The notes beneath the pieces are model-generated. The model made no database searches. It saw only the letters and a list, made by a program, of their open reading frames with translations, and was not told where the DNA came from. Positions 35,579 through 37,544 of a DNA stretch of 37,544 nucleotides are shown here, piece after piece. The translations under genes were made by a program, and so were the position numbers. This stretch comes from Gemmatimonadota bacterium (GTDB taxonomy: Bacteria > Gemmatimonadota > Gemmatimonadetes > Gemmatimonadales > GWC2-71-9). Position 1 is the stretch's first letter; the number at the start of each line of letters is the position of its first letter. Location: assembly GCA_027294815.1 (NCBI GenBank), contig JAPULP010000200.1:1-37544 (forward strand), in the 5' to 3' direction.

Positions 35579-36892
35579 CTATCGGGAACGGGCCGCGCGC
35601 CTCAATTGGCGCCGAAATGCTGTCACGCGTCCCGACCTTGATTCTTCCGAATACAACTGTTTTCCCAGCGAAATGAGACCCTGCTCGAGTTCTGACACAG
35701 ACATCTGTTTGGGGGTGAAGTTTACATCGAAGAGCGTGCACTTTCCCCATTCCGTTTCTTCGAGCAGTCGCTCTTCTCTCTTCAGCCGGGCATACAGCGG
35801 CGTCCCTGGAAACGGAGTCATTACGGTTATCTGGACTTGGAAGAGGCCACTCTCCTCCACGAAGCACCGGATGTCATCGAAGACGCCTGACGTGTCGCCG
35901 TCCAAACCGAGGATGAAACATCCGATGACGGCGATGCCGTGCGACTGGATCCGATCGATGGCTGCCTTATACGAGTCGACTTTCTTCTTCTTCCAGTTCC
36001 GGTTCAGCTCGATGCCATCCACCGCCGCTGCATTCGGGCTCTCGAACCCGACGAGAATCTGGGCACAGTGCGCTTCACGCATGAGCGAAAGAAGTTCTGC
36101 GTCTTCGGCAACGGAGACATCGGTCTCGGTGAACCAACGGACGCCTTCGTCTGCCAGCGCCCGCATCAGCATTTTCGAATTCTTCTTGTTGACGAACGTG
36201 TTGTCGTCCGCGAACTCGATGAAGGGCTTGGGCCAGATCTGCTTGATGGCCCTGATCTCGTCGATGACCTTGGCTACGGGCTTTATCTTGTACTTGGGAG
36301 TCAGCATGACCGAGCCGGCACAAAAGTCACATTTCCACGGGCATCCACGCTGGGTCTGTACAGTGAGGCGGTTGTATTCCTCGGGATCCAGCAGATCGAA
36401 GCGGGGAAGCGGCGCCAGCGCGAGGTCGAACTGGCGCCCGTTTGGCTCATAAACTCGTTGTAAGCATCCGCGTTCGAAATCTTCCAATAGTTGCGTCCAG
36501 CTCAGTTCTCCTTCACCGACGACTACGGCATCGCAATGGCGCAATGCCTCATGTGGAAGTGCCGTTGCATGAAGGCCACCGATGACCGTCGTGACTCCAA
36601 CGTCCTTGTATCGCTCGGCGAGCGCATAGGCATCCTTCACTTGGGCGGTATAAGTCGAGATCGCAGCCAAATCGCACGCCGGCAGCACTGGGAAATTCTT
36701 TATGTCGGGCACCTCGTGGTACTCCAGCTCAAAGCGCTCGGGTGTCGCTCCCGCCAACGTCAGAAGGGACAGGCTCGGCAGGGAAGCGATGACCTGAGAG
36801 CGCTCTACGAAGCCGGGAAGGGTCATCCCCAGGCGGGTCAGCTCTTCATTGAATGCCCGCACACCACTCATAGCGATGAGGGCGATCTTCAT
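35579..36892 (-). CDS. B12-binding-domain radical SAM protein (class B rSAM), substrate unknown
   Basis: N-terminal cobalamin-binding-like Rossmann region (MKIALIAMSG...GVTTVIGGLHATALP). CxxxCxxC motif: QRGCPWKCDFCAG. TIM-barrel-like remainder. Confidence 0.85.
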   Translation of the reverse strand: MKIALIAMSGVRAFNEELTRLGMTLPGFVERSQVIASLPSLSLLTLAGATPERFELEYHEVPDIKNFPVLPACDLAAISTYTAQVKDAYALAERYKDVGVTTVIGGLHATALPHEALRHCDAVVVGEGELSWTQLLEDFERGCLQRVYEPNGRQFDLALAPLPRFDLLDPEEYNRLTVQTQRGCPWKCDFCAGSVMLTPKYKIKPVAKVIDEIRAIKQIWPKPFIEFADDNTFVNKKNSKMLMRALADEGVRWFTETDVSVAEDAELLSLMREAHCAQILVGFESPNAAAVDGIELNRNWKKKKVDSYKAAIDRIQSHGIAVIGCFILGLDGDTSGVFDDIRCFVEESGLFQVQITVMTPFPGTPLYARLKREERLLEETEWGKCTLFDVNFTPKQMSVSELEQGLISLGKQLYSEESRSGRVTAFRRQLRRAARSR

Positions 36893-37024
36893 TGCACCTA
36901 GCCAAGCTGGATTTCAGCAAATACCAAAGCACAAGAACCGGAGCGGCGCAAGACGCCGATCGTAGCGACTGCAACCCGCGGGCTCGGCCACTTTACCCAC
37001 AACACTTTGCGCACTGCCGCATCA

Positions 37025-37053
37025 TTGACGCACGTGACGGCGCAGTGTATCGT
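37025..37053 (+). promoter_or_regulatory. Candidate sigma70-type promoter (TTGACG, 17-nt spacer, TATCGT) in the divergent rSAM/argS intergenic region
   Basis: TTGACG at 37025-37030 and TATCGT at 37048-37053. Would drive + strand transcription starting near 37060. Confidence 0.3.
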
Positions 37054-37100
37054 CAAGAGACAGGATGCGAGCCTGCTGCGTAGCCGTTCGCTACGTCGAG

Positions 37101-37131
37101 GAAGCCGGGAGGCCACAGCCTTCCGGCTTTT
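37101..37131 (+). terminator. Strong terminator-like hairpin plus U tract 19 nt upstream of the argS start codon
   Basis: GAAGCCGGGAGGC-CACA-GCCTTCCGGCTTTT: about 13 bp including G-U pairs, a 4-nt loop, then TTTT. There is no upstream + strand gene for it to terminate. Confidence 0.5.
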
Positions 37132-37149
37132 GCCTATCAGTCACCGACT

Positions 37150-37544
37150 ATGTCATCACTAACTAGCCTTCTCACCGACATCGTCTCCAATGCCTTCGCC
37201 GAAAGTGGCTACGACCGCGCCTACGGCGAGGTCCACGTCTCCGACCGTCCCGACCTGGCCCAGTTCCAGTGCAACGGTTCCCTCGCTGCGGCCAAAGCGA
37301 ATAAGGCCAACCCGCGGGAGATCGGGCAAAAGGTCGCGGACGTGCTCACCAACAACGATGCCTTTGGCGAGGTATCGCTTGCAGGCCCGGGATTCATCAA
37401 CCTCAAACTGACCGACAAGTTTCTCACAGCACATACACAAAACACCGCGAACGACGATCGACTCGGCGTCGATAGCGTGTCGACGCCGCAAAAGATTGTC
37501 ATCGACTACGGCGGTCCCAACGTCGCCAAACCCATGCACGTGGG
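37150..37544 (+). CDS. argS: Arginyl-tRNA synthetase, N-terminal part (runs off the window; absent from the ORF track)
   Basis: Hand translation from the ATG at 37150: MSSLTSLLTDIVSNAFAESGYDRAYGEVHVSDRPDLAQFQCNGSLAAAKANKANPREIGQKVADVL...GPGFINLKL...QKIVIDYGGPNVAKPMHVG. This covers the ArgRS N-terminal domain and the start of the HIGH region. Confidence 0.9.
   Translation, partial: MSSLTSLLTDIVSNAFAESGYDRAYGEVHVSDRPDLAQFQCNGSLAAAKANKANPREIGQKVADVLTNNDAFGEVSLAGPGFINLKLTDKFLTAHTQNTANDDRLGVDSVSTPQKIVIDYGGPNVAKPMHV

Noticed and set aside
36893-37149. Cobalamin riboswitch upstream of the B12-radical SAM gene, or a T-box upstream of argS
   Set aside because: Reading both strands, I could not find a B12 box (GCCACTG-type core), or T-box conserved elements (AGAGA/GNUGGA with a UGGN-containing T-box sequence). 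Only a covariance-model scan could settle this.
31288-37149. Sigma-54 promoters (TGGCAC-N5-TTGC) near the NtrC-type regulator and its neighbours
   Set aside because: The only near match (revcomp of 31351-31367, AAGGCAGTAATTGC) has GG-to-GC spacing 2 nt too short. Other TGGCAC occurrences are inside coding regions and lack the TTGC element.
1-37544. tRNA, rRNA, tmRNA or mobile-element genes in the intergenic gaps (1539-1683, 3775-3958, 13760-13819, 19766-19917, 20590-20675, 21540-21597, 27573-27666, 30282-30429, 31288-32014, 36893-37149)
   Set aside because: No T-loop-like GTTCGAATC-type sequence or cloverleaf-sized structure was seen, and no transposase, integrase or terminal inverted repeats. 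The gaps are explained by promoters, leaders and the short-repeat arrays.

Overview
High-GC chromosomal segment from a diderm bacterium (LolA, an Omp85-type barrel and Mla/MCE genes are present). The short RpoD-type sigma factor and overall gene content are compatible with a Gemmatimonadota-like lineage, but that placement is only a guess. All product calls come from motif recognition in the supplied translations; no searches were run.

The window is mostly housekeeping. Genes seen:
- + strand: hppA (5' partial), rpsF-rpsR-membrane protein-rplI, rsfS, a large outer-membrane fusion protein, two SPOR-domain proteins translationally coupled to smc, an MBL hydrolase and lolA.
- - strand: S41 protease, tmk, prmC, prfA, rpmE.
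- + strand: Crp-like regulator, MBL hydrolase, an Mla-like operon ending in an HD-GYP protein.
- - strand: rimO, SpoIID-like protein, OM barrel protein, oxidoreductase, rpoD-like sigma, NtrC-type activator, thpR, membrane proteins and a B12-radical SAM gene.
- + strand: argS (3' partial).

I found no rRNA, tRNA, CRISPR array, transposase or integrase. Many adjacent genes share ATGA, TGATG or TAATG stop/start overlaps, which suggests long translationally coupled operons.

The most unusual signals:
1. A family of short tandem repeat arrays, mostly heptamers, sits directly at gene 3' ends. The same units recur at different loci, two stop codons are embedded in an array, and some arrays fit G-quadruplex or long-hairpin patterns.
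2. A P-loop-less MinD/ParA/BY-kinase-like pseudo-ATPase fused to two SPOR domains is coupled to smc.
3. A single polypeptide combines a peptidase-MA domain, a PD40 propeller and an Omp85 barrel.
4. An Mla-like operon has an ATPase subunit with every catalytic motif degenerate, and it is coupled to an HD-GYP protein.
5. An AT-shifted B12-radical SAM plus small membrane protein module lies next to argS.

None of these is proven to be a new system. All functional interpretations are inference.
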